The notes under the pieces were generated by a model. The model made no database searches and was not told where the DNA came from. It worked only from the letters and a program-made list of their open reading frames with translations. The position numbers and the translations under genes were made by a program. Shown in pieces: positions 1 through 9,856 of a stretch of DNA of 64,000 nucleotides. The stretch spans positions 64,001 through 128,000 of the forward strand of contig JAUQPB010000001.1 of assembly GCA_030550585.1 (NCBI GenBank), given 5' to 3'. This stretch comes from Thermoproteota archaeon (lineage in GTDB: Archaea; Thermoproteota; Thermoprotei_A; Sulfolobales; Ignisphaeraceae). How positions within the stretch are numbered: the stretch's first letter is position 1; every line of letters starts with the position of its first letter.

Positions 1-440
1 AATTCGATGAACTGCTTCTCTGTATAGCTAATGCTAAAAACCTTTTTATGCACATCAATGCCTATGTCAAAACGTTTCAAAAAATCTTCAATCCTTTTGG
101 CGAGGGTACCCGAAGGCGGTTCTCCGATGAAGAGAGCTATATTCTCTAGAATGCTTAGATCGTCTATTAGCTGCGGCCGCTGGCTTATCATTACAAAACC
201 TTTTTTCTTGGCATCGAATGGCGATGAAAATCTAGCCTCAGAGCCGTCAACTATTATCTTGCCTCTATCGGGGACATAAACACCGTAGAGAACCTTGGCG
301 AGAGTCGATTTTCCCGATCCATTCTCTCCGAGAACCACTAGAATCTCATTGAAGAAAATATCTAGTGTCACACCATCTAGAGCAACAACATCACCAAACC
401 TTTTGTAAAGGTCAACAACTCTTATGAATGTCCTATTCAT
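1..440 (-). CDS. ABC transporter ATP-binding protein, sugar/nucleoside type (3' end runs off the window)
   Basis: Hand translation from ATG 440: MNRTFIRVVDLYKRFGDVVALDGV...LGENGSGKST (Walker A). Purine-rich RBS upstream, directly downstream of the BMP gene. Not in the ORF track. Confidence 0.9.
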   Translation of the reverse strand, partial: MNRTFIRVVDLYKRFGDVVALDGVTLDIFFNEILVVLGENGSGKSTLAKVLYGVYVPDRGKIIVDGSEARFSSPFDAKKKGFVMISQRPQLIDDLSILENIALFIGEPPSGTLAKRIEDFLKRFDIGIDVHKKVFSISYTEKQFIE

Positions 441-507
441 GTCCCCTTCCTCAACACAAATAATTTGGATGTGAGGATATAAAAAAGGTCATTCATTTCA
501 TATATGT

Positions 508-2046
508 TTATTTGATAGTGCCTTGAAAGGCAACCCACTTAACAAACCAGTCCATGTTCCACAGATCGTCGTGTGTTAGCCTCTCACCAGGCTGCACATT
601 CACCGGAGCATTGTCTGGCTGTCCTGTGCAGAATCTGGAGTAGTGCATTCCGGCTATGCAGTAGCCTGCTAGAGGTCCTGTGAAGGGGTCGAATACTGGG
701 GCTATTGTGGCTGCTGGTACGTGGCTAGACCCTGTCGATATATTTGCTAGAACTTCGAGTTGATGTGTTAGAGCAGTTCCTTGTAGAGGCTGTAGGAGTG
801 GTGCTTCTTTCATCTCATTGTATCTCCTCATAACGAGGTCGTAGACAGATAGTGTCTCGCCTGTTCTAACATCCTTTACCATTATGCTCTTGAGCAGTGG
901 AACAAACTTTGGATTGATTCTCATAACACTTCCATTTGGATAGACATGTGCTCCCAGATCAACTGCTCCTGTGTTCAGAAGGTACCAGTAGTCAACGTTC
1001 TGGAGGTTGCTGGGGGTGTAGATACCTGCTTTGATCTTAGCCAATATATCGGCGTATATAACCTCCCATCTAACAAGCTGTCCACTTACAACAACGTCTG
1101 GGCCCCACTCATACATTGGGCTATAGTGGCTAAACACATATATCTGCTTGCCCTGCTTGTATAGACTCTCAGCATATTCTACAACAGCTGTTGAGTCCTC
1201 TGTAAATGCAAGCACATCAACATTGAACTGGTTGACGAGAGTCTCTGCAGCAGCCTTGGCCTTGTCCGGGTCGAACCAGGCGCCAATCTCAATAACATAC
1301 ACTGTTATGTTCTTGCCTAACTGCTCGCCAACCTCTTTAGCCCCTATGGCAAAAGCGTTTATGTGCCTAACAACCTCTGGAATTGTGTGCGCCGCAACAT
1401 ACCCTATCTTACCTGTCTTCGTTAGCGCCCCCGCCATCAGACCATTCAAATAGTATATCTGATATAGATCGGCAAAGTATGTGCCCATGTTGGACAGTCT
1501 CTTGTAGCCAGAGCAGTGGAAGAACATCACATTCCTGTACTCCTGTGCCTTCTCATATGTCTGATCCATGAAATCAAAGCTTGTTGTGAATATCACTGTA
1601 TAGCCCTTTCTAACGAGATCGTCTATCACAGCTGGCGACTGCGATGCCTGCACATTCTCAACATATGTTGTTTCGAGCCAATCCTTATAGAGCTCTGCCA
1701 CAACCCTCCTACCAACATCATGCATATAGCTCCATCCAAAATCTCCAACAGGCCCAACATAGATCCATGCAGCTTTGATCTTCTGAGGAACTGTATATGC
1801 AACTCCCTCGGTTTTCGTAACTGTTAATGTTGTTGTAGCTATTTGTTGTATGGGTGTTATTGTGACTGTTTGGACTCGGGGAACACTCTGGTCAGTTCCA
1901 GCTAGATATGTAGTTTGTGTCGCTAGCGATGTGGTTGTTATGGTTATAGTTGTAGCTGGATTTGCTATGTAATATCCTGCTACATAACCAGCTACAATAC
2001 CTATTATCAATAGGACCACTGCTATGATATATGGTGTTTTGGGCAT
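508..2046 (-). CDS. BMP-family ABC transporter substrate-binding protein (nucleoside/purine type)
   Basis: N-terminal TM anchor, Thr-rich linker, then KAAWIYVGPVGDFGWSYMHD, IFTTSFDF, YLNGLMAG...KIGYV and WFDPDKAK, all typical of BMP proteins. Confidence 0.9.
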   Translation of the reverse strand: MPKTPYIIAVVLLIIGIVAGYVAGYYIANPATTITITTTSLATQTTYLAGTDQSVPRVQTVTITPIQQIATTTLTVTKTEGVAYTVPQKIKAAWIYVGPVGDFGWSYMHDVGRRVVAELYKDWLETTYVENVQASQSPAVIDDLVRKGYTVIFTTSFDFMDQTYEKAQEYRNVMFFHCSGYKRLSNMGTYFADLYQIYYLNGLMAGALTKTGKIGYVAAHTIPEVVRHINAFAIGAKEVGEQLGKNITVYVIEIGAWFDPDKAKAAAETLVNQFNVDVLAFTEDSTAVVEYAESLYKQGKQIYVFSHYSPMYEWGPDVVVSGQLVRWEVIYADILAKIKAGIYTPSNLQNVDYWYLLNTGAVDLGAHVYPNGSVMRINPKFVPLLKSIMVKDVRTGETLSVYDLVMRRYNEMKEAPLLQPLQGTALTHQLEVLANISTGSSHVPAATIAPVFDPFTGPLAGYCIAGMHYSRFCTGQPDNAPVNVQPGERLTHDDLWNMDWFVKWVAFQGTIK

Positions 2047-2106
2047 TTTACATACACCACGCTACACGCTATCCACGTTAGGCTAATAAGCTCTGTGTAC
2101 AACAAA

Positions 2107-2124
2107 TATGTAGCTATATACATA
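2107..2124. promoter_or_regulatory. Imperfect palindrome TATGTAGCTATATACATA, candidate operator
   Basis: Upstream of the BMP gene, 12/18 identical to the perfect palindrome at 6465-6482. Confidence 0.4.
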
Positions 2125-2173
2125 ATCTATGTAAAGCGTGTTGAAAATGCTTGGCAACACCTTTGAGAAATGC

Positions 2174-4051
2174 CTAGCGTTGCCTTGGTAAGTAGAGTGC
2201 TTGAACAAACTCTTGCTTGAATAGTGGATGTGCCGAGAGCTCTATATACCTTATACTTTTGGCGAGATCCTCGAACTCTCTCCTTATCTCACTTGATTTT
2301 AGAGCCATTTTGGCACCGCTAATAGCGGTGTTGCCCACGAAAACAAATTTCCTTGCATCTGCCTTTGGCAGTAATCCTATGGCCATAGCGTTCTCAATGT
2401 TTATATGTGTCCCAAACGACCCTGCAATAAATATTTTTTGGAGGTCGTTGGCAGATATGTTGGCGTGTTTAAGCAGTATATTGATACCCGATGCAACAGC
2501 TGCTTTGGCTAGCAGAAACTCGTTTATGTCTTTTCCGCTAACTGTTATGCTCCTCCCCACCCCTGTTTCGTGGCTCCATGCAACAACAAACTTTTTCTTC
2601 CCATTGTCAACAACAATCCTCTTTGTCTTTATATCTTCTCTGAACCTCCCCCTATAGTCTATCAGGTTGTTTCTGTATAGATTGGCTATGAGGTCTATCA
2701 TTGCTGATCCGCATATCCCAATGGGCTTTGCGTTTCCAACAACATTGTACCTAACGTTGTAATCTCCAATGGATCTGTCGAAATATATGAAGACCTGGTC
2801 TATGGCGCCGACAACAGCCCTCATTCCAAACTCTATTGTGGCACCTTCAAACGCTGGTCCAGCAGGTGTTGAACATGCCAATATCTCTCTACCTGTATTA
2901 AAAAGTATTTCGCTATTGGTTCCAATGTCCACTAGGAGACATGGAGCATCACAGTCTCTAAGCCCGACAGCTACTGCATCTGCTAGGGCATCTGACCCTA
3001 CATAGCCTGCTACCACAGGTAGTGCATATACAATGCCCCTCTCATTGATGTTAACACCAATCTCTTTTGCATATAGATACACACCTCTTCTAACAGCTGG
3101 CACATATGGGGATGTGCCGAGGTATCTGGGGTTTATCCCGAGGAAAATGTGGTGCATAGCTGTGTTTCCAGCCACAACAACTTCGTATATTCTATTCCTA
3201 TCTACATTGGCTCTCAAAGACATTTTCTCTATAAGCATGTTTATAGCTGATACAACGAGTTTTTGGAGCTTCTCCAAACCCTCTCTATCTCTGCTAGCAT
3301 AGGCGATTCTAGATATTATGTCTGCTCCGTAGCTTGCCTGGGGGTTTGGCATGGACTCAACAGCTATTGTCTCCCCCTTGACAAGGTCGACGAGATGGGC
3401 AACAATCTTCGATGTGCCGATATCAACGGCAATTCCATAGATGCTGTTTGTTGTGTCTCCAGGCTCTATAGAGAGCACCTTGTTTCTCCATAAAACAACA
3501 GTTACAGACCAGTTCCCAGATCTCAGAGCTTCGGGAGCAATCCTAGCAGCATGCACATCAACGTCGTAGTCCCCCGCCAAAGTCTTTTTGCTGAGCTCAT
3601 CTAGAATCCTATCCAAGTCTGCTGTAACATCGGTTAGAGAAGCCGGGTTGACGGATACAAAAACCTTTTTTACTAGGGGGTTTAGAGGGACTGCCCTCTC
3701 AAAACCGATATCGGCAGAGGCATACCTCTGGACAAGACTTTCGTGGGGAACAGAAACAATGTAGTCTCCATCTACGACTTTAGCCTGGCAAGCAAGTCTA
3801 AAACCCTTTGAGATATCCTCAGAACCTAGAACCCTCTTCTCAGAATCTGTCAGAGGAGATGCAACACCTTTTTCAACAACAATTCTGCATTTGCCACACT
3901 CGCCAATACCACCACAATCAGCTCTTATGGAGATCCCAGCCTCTCTCAAACAATCCAAAAAAGTTTTTGAGGCCGCACATAAAACATCTCTTCCAAGGTT
4001 CTTCACAAATACCCTAGACGCCTTGCCCTCTCCACTCACGGCCAATACCAC
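2174..4051 (-). CDS. ASKHA-domain reductive activator of corrinoid proteins (RACo/AcsV-like) with N-terminal 2Fe-2S ferredoxin
   Basis: CGGIGECGKC...RLACQ ferredoxin, DIGTS and DIGTNSE ASKHA motifs, AGNTAMHH, AGPAFEG, GICGS, AGSFG. Confidence 0.92.
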   Translation of the reverse strand: MVLAVSGEGKASRVFVKNLGRDVLCAASKTFLDCLREAGISIRADCGGIGECGKCRIVVEKGVASPLTDSEKRVLGSEDISKGFRLACQAKVVDGDYIVSVPHESLVQRYASADIGFERAVPLNPLVKKVFVSVNPASLTDVTADLDRILDELSKKTLAGDYDVDVHAARIAPEALRSGNWSVTVVLWRNKVLSIEPGDTTNSIYGIAVDIGTSKIVAHLVDLVKGETIAVESMPNPQASYGADIISRIAYASRDREGLEKLQKLVVSAINMLIEKMSLRANVDRNRIYEVVVAGNTAMHHIFLGINPRYLGTSPYVPAVRRGVYLYAKEIGVNINERGIVYALPVVAGYVGSDALADAVAVGLRDCDAPCLLVDIGTNSEILFNTGREILACSTPAGPAFEGATIEFGMRAVVGAIDQVFIYFDRSIGDYNVRYNVVGNAKPIGICGSAMIDLIANLYRNNLIDYRGRFREDIKTKRIVVDNGKKKFVVAWSHETGVGRSITVSGKDINEFLLAKAAVASGINILLKHANISANDLQKIFIAGSFGTHINIENAMAIGLLPKADARKFVFVGNTAISGAKMALKSSEIRREFEDLAKSIRYIELSAHPLFKQEFVQALYLPRQR

Positions 4052-4192
4052 TCAGACCGCTTTGGACATACCTTTACCATTATGTATTCTGCGTTAATAA
4101 GCGAGTTGTGTATGAACTCTGCAGATACTGTTTCGGTTGAGCCTCATAGGAAATATACTTTGTTACACAGAGATCTTTTCTAGGGGTCTGAA

Positions 4193-4927
4193 ATGAGTGT
4201 TGTCTATGTGCATGCCAAGAGCCTTCCAGAGGCTTGGGAGAAGAGCCTTGTCGAGCTGTCGAGGGTTGGAATAGTCATAGAGACTGAATACAATGAGAGG
4301 TCTATTGATGCCCCAGCCTTCATAGTTGTTGAAGAGCCTTTCTCAGAGCCTAGAGTACATCTAAAGGGCATTGTAGCAGGCTCTCTCAAAGGTCTTCTGG
4401 AATATGTTGACGAGGTTGTCAAGGGAACCCACGACCATCTCGTAGAAAAGTTTGGCTACACATACCACGAAAGGCTCTTCAGCTATAGACTGCCAAACGG
4501 GTTGGTGGTAAACCAGATTGAGAAGGTTATAGAGAAGCTCAGAAAAGCTCCATACACAAGAAGAGCACAGGCAATAACGTGGCAACCTTGGAAAGATTTA
4601 GAGACAGAGCACCCACCATGCCTACAGAGAATGTGGTTCAGAGTTGTAAACGGGAAGCTAGTTATGCATGTCCACATGAGAAGCAACGACGCATTGAAAG
4701 CGGCCTACATGAACATGTACGCATTCACAGAACTACAAAAATATGTTGCAGAGAGGCTTGGAGTGGAGGTGGGGAGATACATACACGTAGCAGACTCGTA
4801 CCACGTATACGAAAGAGACTGGAAATGGTTCAAAACATTTGTGGAACAAATAAACAGCGGAGAATCGAGAAAAAGATGGAAAACAACAGAAGAATACATG
4901 AAAATGATACAAGCAGCAAAACAGTAG
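4193..4927 (+). CDS. thyA: Thymidylate synthase, archaeal ThyA type
   Basis: YTYHERL, TRRAQAITW, catalytic PPC, MRSND, and H..DSYHVY motifs. Confidence 0.88.
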   Translation: MSVVYVHAKSLPEAWEKSLVELSRVGIVIETEYNERSIDAPAFIVVEEPFSEPRVHLKGIVAGSLKGLLEYVDEVVKGTHDHLVEKFGYTYHERLFSYRLPNGLVVNQIEKVIEKLRKAPYTRRAQAITWQPWKDLETEHPPCLQRMWFRVVNGKLVMHVHMRSNDALKAAYMNMYAFTELQKYVAERLGVEVGRYIHVADSYHVYERDWKWFKTFVEQINSGESRKRWKTTEEYMKMIQAAKQ

Positions 4928-5062
4928 CATATCTGCGACTAACAGGTTTGTAAGTGCCACATCAACAATTTATTTAGGTTATGTGAAATATAAGTTGACA
5001 ATGTTTCTTACCAGCTTTTGAACGAAAAGCCATTCTGCAAAATTTACTATCGATTTGTATTA

Positions 5063-6412
5063 CTATGCCAGATTACTTATTATAATCTGTTTTCTTGGGC
5101 CTAGCTGAGATAGTGAGGCAGAAGCTGTTTTAACGGCTTTCTCTGTAGCTGACTCTATATCCGCTCCTCTGAGTAGCATGTATATGAAGACAGCTGAGAA
5201 TATGTCTCCAGCGCCTATAGGGTCTAAGACCTCTGTTTGAGGAGCCTCTATTTTCTTTGGCTCTGTCTGTGGGTAGCTATAGATCTTGGCTCCTCTGCTC
5301 CCCAGTGTTATTATTAGATGTTTAATTCCGTGGTCATAGAATGTTTTTGGGATGTCAAACCCCTTTCTGGAGAACAACTCGGCTTTATCCTCGTTTAGAA
5401 TCACTATTGGACTTTGTCTAAACACTGATAAGACTTCTTCTAGGAAATACTGGATGGCTTCTGCGCTGGGTCTATATACGATGAGCTTCTCCCCACCGAT
5501 TTCTCTGATGAGCTTTACATATAGACTGTTTATCCCCTCTCCCAAGTAAATTGCTTTAGCTTTTCTGCATGCCTCAACCAATTTCTCAGACAATTCTGTT
5601 ACAACTGGTGGTCTACCTCTATCATATCTACATTCAATCTTTATCTTGTCGCCATGAACAATGCTACAAATAGATGGTTCTGCATTCCTATCGAATACGG
5701 ATAAACTTATATCCACTCCTTCTCTAGCAATGCTATAGGCTGATTGAAGTCCTATGACATCTGTTGAAAACCTTGATGCAAAGCCTGTTTTTAGTCCAAG
5801 CCGAGACAGGGTCACAGCGACATTGGCTCCCGACCCTCCGAAGAACGCTTTATAGCCATGGGTTATATACACATCAAGAGCATTTGAGCCGAAAACAATA
5901 ACATCAAAATCTTTGTACCGAGGTTTTGCAAGGAATGTTCTAGCAATATCTGCAATATCTATATAGCTACTTTGGGGGATAGAGAATTTTGATGCAAAAT
6001 TCGTGATTCTCTCTATAAACTCTCTAACTACCTCTGTCAGATATATCTTTACAGTATCTCTATCAAGCTCTTGGGGGTCTCTGAACAGCAGATTGTACCA
6101 TTTGCCGAGTTCAGTAAGTCTATAGCATTTCACCTTAACTCTTCTCTTACCCCTCTCCTCAAATCTATATTCCTCTGAAAGGATATTCAATGAAACAAGC
6201 TTTTTTAGAGTAGCTATAATAGTCTTGTTGGAGTGCATCCTAAAACTTTTCACTATATCGCTTTGGCATAGATCTTCATTCCATTTAAACAGTCTAAGAA
6301 CATCTATAGCTATCTTAGATGAGAAAAGAGTTGATAGAAACAAAGCCCTCTTATCCACATCTATCGGCATAAAGACTATGAAAGGCCAAAAACTGTTCTC
6401 TTTATTGCTCAT
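5063..6412 (-). CDS. Winged-HTH / PfkB-family kinase fusion (start may be ATG 6370)
   Basis: N-terminal wHTH ending YRLTELGK. C-terminal PfkB with GGSGANVA, IITLGSRGA and DPIGAGD. Confidence 0.82.
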   Translation of the reverse strand: MSNKENSFWPFIVFMPIDVDKRALFLSTLFSSKIAIDVLRLFKWNEDLCQSDIVKSFRMHSNKTIIATLKKLVSLNILSEEYRFEERGKRRVKVKCYRLTELGKWYNLLFRDPQELDRDTVKIYLTEVVREFIERITNFASKFSIPQSSYIDIADIARTFLAKPRYKDFDVIVFGSNALDVYITHGYKAFFGGSGANVAVTLSRLGLKTGFASRFSTDVIGLQSAYSIAREGVDISLSVFDRNAEPSICSIVHGDKIKIECRYDRGRPPVVTELSEKLVEACRKAKAIYLGEGINSLYVKLIREIGGEKLIVYRPSAEAIQYFLEEVLSVFRQSPIVILNEDKAELFSRKGFDIPKTFYDHGIKHLIITLGSRGAKIYSYPQTEPKKIEAPQTEVLDPIGAGDIFSAVFIYMLLRGADIESATEKAVKTASASLSQLGPRKQIIISNLA

Positions 6413-6464
6413 GATCCGCCCCTCGCTGTGTAGTTTTCTTGCACAGCAAAGCTTAAAGTTTTCT

Positions 6465-6482
6465 TGTGTAGCATGCTACACA
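6465..6482. promoter_or_regulatory. Perfect 18-bp palindrome TGTGTAGCATGCTACACA, candidate operator
   Basis: Read directly. Lies between a TATA-like CTTAAAG (6452-6458) and the ECF start at 6493. A second TGTGTAG half-site sits within an inverted repeat at 6425-6447. Confidence 0.7.
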
Positions 6483-6492
6483 GGGAAAAAGA

Positions 6493-7299
6493 ATGTCGTT
6501 GAAAGAAGGTTTAGGTGCGAGATATAGGGCATCGCTTATAGCGGCCTTTGCAGGTATTGGCGCTGCGGTATACTACATATTGTTGTGGCTACCAGGCATA
6601 CCTGTAATTGGGTTGCCAAATATAAAGATGGAGATTGGTGCTTCACTATCACCTGTATTCGGAATTGTTCTAGGGCCTTACATAGGGTTTTTGGCTGTAC
6701 TCATAGGGAATGCTATAAAGACCTTTGTTCCTACGCCAAACATTTATGGGATTCCATTTTTGCTTGCAGCACCCCTATCAGCTTTTGGTGCTGGAATGCT
6801 TGTGAAGAAGAGGTGGGCTGAGGTATCCATAGTCATGCTAGCAATGCTTATAGCAGCAATGTTTGCACCGCCATTCTATCCTGTGACGGAGTATTGGTAC
6901 GTATATCTAGTGGCATTTTACGACAAAATTGCTGCATTAATTCTCACACCAATCTTAATGATAATTGTGAATAGGATTAGCAAAAAGCAAAACACATTCC
7001 TATTTTACATAGCTCTATACATTACGATGTTCATTAGTAGAGAGCTTGACAAGGCGTTTGGCTGCTTTGTATTTGCACTACCACAAGTGTATAGAGATAT
7101 ATTTGGCATCACCAAAGTCTCTAAAGTGAGGAGCCTGTATCTTGTGAGCCCAATGTTCTACCTAGTGGAGTATATCCTAGAGGCTATAGTGGCGTTCGCC
7201 GTGGCCATACCGCTTATAAAGGCTCTAACTAGAGTGCCAGGACTATCCGAAATTCTGCACATAAGGTATTTGAGGGAGTGGCAAGGCAGTAGAAAGTGA
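6493..7299 (+). CDS. ECF transporter substrate-specific (S) component
   Basis: Multi-TM protein with the GIVLGPYIGFLAVLIG S-component signature, first gene of the ecf operon. Confidence 0.8.
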   Translation: MSLKEGLGARYRASLIAAFAGIGAAVYYILLWLPGIPVIGLPNIKMEIGASLSPVFGIVLGPYIGFLAVLIGNAIKTFVPTPNIYGIPFLLAAPLSAFGAGMLVKKRWAEVSIVMLAMLIAAMFAPPFYPVTEYWYVYLVAFYDKIAALILTPILMIIVNRISKKQNTFLFYIALYITMFISRELDKAFGCFVFALPQVYRDIFGITKVSKVRSLYLVSPMFYLVEYILEAIVAFAVAIPLIKALTRVPGLSEILHIRYLREWQGSRK

Positions 7300-7305
7300 T
7301 AGGGT

Positions 7306-8988
7306 GTGGCCATAGAGGTTAGAAACCTAACATATTTTTACCCAAACTCAGATACTCCGGCTCTGCAAGATATAAACTTTAAAATTGATTACGGAGAGTT
7401 TGCTATCATAACAGGCCCATCCGGTGGGGGCAAGTCAACACTTTGCAAAATCTTGGTGGGTCTAATACCTGGGATTTATGGTGGTAGGCTTAGTGGAGAG
7501 GTATATATTGATGGAGTCAACGTAATTGAGAAGGGGGTTAGAGGAGTTATAGGCAGGGTTGGTATTGTTCTACAGGTTCCCGAGAACCAGATTGCTAGTT
7601 TGCTTGTAGAAGAGGAGCTGGCTTTCGGACTAGAGAATCTTTTGTATGATCCTAGAGTAATTAGGGAAAGGATATACGAGGTTTCAAAAAATCTAGAAAT
7701 CGACCATCTGCTAAACAGAGCAACATATACCTTGTCTGGTGGAGAGGCTCAGAAGGTAGTTATCGGCAGTGTTCTTGTTTACAAGCCAAAGATTCTAATA
7801 CTGGATGAACCGCTTGCCCACATAGACCCTACTAGTGTGGAGAATCTGCTTTCTTTACTCATCAGAATTAACCGTGAAGAAGGCATAACTGTTGTGGTTA
7901 TTGAGCATAGATTATCGGAGTTGCTTAAATATGCATCAAGAGTAATTGTTTTGAATAGGAAGATAATTTTTGATGGTGGAGCCGAGGACAGCATACCATA
8001 TCTCATCGAGTCTGGCGTAGAAATACCCCCTGTCACAAAGCTTACTATTAGCATCAATGCAAAACCTGTCTTCTCTGTAGAAGATGCTTCCAGAGTCTTA
8101 GCTAGACATTTAACTCAAGGAATATGCAGATGCAAAAATGTTAGTGCTAACAGAAATGCGGTAAGATCTAGAGACAAAGAGGTGGCAATATCGCTAAACA
8201 ATGTTTGGTATGCTTATTCGGGCAACAGATACGTTTTGAGAGGTGTTAGTCTAGATATCTATAGAGGGGAGATGCTAGCTATTGTAGGTCCCAACGGCTC
8301 TGGGAAAACAACTCTTATAAAGCATTTCAATGGCCTTTTAAAGCCTGTGAAAGGCTATGTAAAGGTCTTTGGCAAAGACACTAAAATGCATAGTGTAGCT
8401 GAGCTGGCTAGACATGTTGGCATAGTATTTCAGAACCCTCTTCACCAATTTTTTGAGGAGACAGCATTAAAAGAGGTTATGTTTACCTTAAGAAACATGG
8501 GGATAGAGTACTCAGAAGATAGAGCAATGAAGATTCTCGAAATGTTTAAACTGGAGCACGTCGCCTACAGGTCTCCATATGAACTCTCTGTCGGTGAACA
8601 GAGGAGACTGGCTATAGCAAGTGTTGTTGCCTATGAACCAGATGTGATTGTATTGGACGAGCCCACAGCAGGTATAGACTATGCGCTTAAGATGGAGCTT
8701 CTAGAGGTAGTCAATAAGCTTCGAAAGAAGAATAAAACAATAGTAATAGTTACACATGACATGGAGTTCTTATCCAAAGCAAATGTGGATAGAGTTGTCG
8801 TTTTATACAATGGAAGAGTTGTTAGCGAGGGGAACCTTAGAGACGTTCTCTACTCGCCAAAGATAGAAGAGACTGGTGTATTTCGCCTTCCACAGGTGGT
8901 GAGACTGGCAAAAGCTCTAAAGCTAGATATCTGCATAAATCCATTGACCGTTGAGGAATTTGTGAACGCCATTGAAAGGTGCTTTTGA
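7306..8988 (+). CDS. ECF transporter ATPase, fused A-A'
   Basis: Two ABC cassettes: GPSGGGKST/LSGGE/LDEP and GPNGSGKTT/LSVGE/LDEP, with Q.PE.Q loops. Confidence 0.93.
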   Translation: MAIEVRNLTYFYPNSDTPALQDINFKIDYGEFAIITGPSGGGKSTLCKILVGLIPGIYGGRLSGEVYIDGVNVIEKGVRGVIGRVGIVLQVPENQIASLLVEEELAFGLENLLYDPRVIRERIYEVSKNLEIDHLLNRATYTLSGGEAQKVVIGSVLVYKPKILILDEPLAHIDPTSVENLLSLLIRINREEGITVVVIEHRLSELLKYASRVIVLNRKIIFDGGAEDSIPYLIESGVEIPPVTKLTISINAKPVFSVEDASRVLARHLTQGICRCKNVSANRNAVRSRDKEVAISLNNVWYAYSGNRYVLRGVSLDIYRGEMLAIVGPNGSGKTTLIKHFNGLLKPVKGYVKVFGKDTKMHSVAELARHVGIVFQNPLHQFFEETALKEVMFTLRNMGIEYSEDRAMKILEMFKLEHVAYRSPYELSVGEQRRLAIASVVAYEPDVIVLDEPTAGIDYALKMELLEVVNKLRKKNKTIVIVTHDMEFLSKANVDRVVVLYNGRVVSEGNLRDVLYSPKIEETGVFRLPQVVRLAKALKLDICINPLTVEEFVNAIERCF

Positions 8989-9759
8989 ATGACGAGGAGA
9001 TTCTTTGAGGATATAGGCATTGCACTAAGTTTTGATGAGGATAAGGGGTTCTATCATTTCCTAGATCCAAGAACAAAGCTATTCTACATAATTTCAACAG
9101 CTATCGTTACCATGATTATGAATAATGTTCCCAAGTTAGTGGTTGTGGTTCTAGTCAACATTGTCATTGCGATGCTTTATAGGGGTTTTCTAACAAAGCT
9201 TGCTAGTTTCATAAAAGGTTTGACACCCTTTATAATCGCTATAATAGGTCTGAACATAGCATTGTCGGTTCTGTTTGCGGAAACAGTTGATTGGGTGGAA
9301 ATCCTAGAGACACAGGCAAGAGCTTTTATGCGTATAGTTGCAATAGCAATCCCCATACTCATACTAATAGCCACCACAACACCATCAGATCTCATTCAAG
9401 GGCTTGCAAAAATGGGCATTAGATACACATATCTATACCCTTTCATAGTGGCTTACAGGTTCATCCCATTGATATTCACAGAAATGAAGAACATATACGA
9501 TGCCCAGAGATCTAGGGGACTAGAACTAGAGAAGGGTGGTATTAGACAAAAGGTGAAGTCACTCACACCAATACTAATACCAACTACTATATGCTCGCTT
9601 CTCAGAGCAAAGGATTTGGCAGAGGCCCTCGAAATCAAAGGGTTTGGATATAGCACAAGGAGAAGTTTTTACAAAAGCCTTAGAATGGGGAAAAGAGACT
9701 ATGTGTTCATGGCAATAATCACAGCTGCATACATCATCGTGACGATATTATACCCCTAA
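8989..9759 (+). CDS. ecfT: ECF transporter transmembrane (T) component
   Basis: LDPRTKL, YRFIP, AQRSRG and ALEIKGF motifs of CbiQ/EcfT. Confidence 0.92.
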   Translation: MTRRFFEDIGIALSFDEDKGFYHFLDPRTKLFYIISTAIVTMIMNNVPKLVVVVLVNIVIAMLYRGFLTKLASFIKGLTPFIIAIIGLNIALSVLFAETVDWVEILETQARAFMRIVAIAIPILILIATTTPSDLIQGLAKMGIRYTYLYPFIVAYRFIPLIFTEMKNIYDAQRSRGLELEKGGIRQKVKSLTPILIPTTICSLLRAKDLAEALEIKGFGYSTRRSFYKSLRMGKRDYVFMAIITAAYIIVTILYP

Positions 9760-9856
9760 ATTCGCTTCCAACAGGATTGTATTCTCTTTTATTCTTCTCC
9801 TTACACAATAAAACAAATAGATGTTATTGAAAATGCGCTATCCCAAGCCCTTTGAT

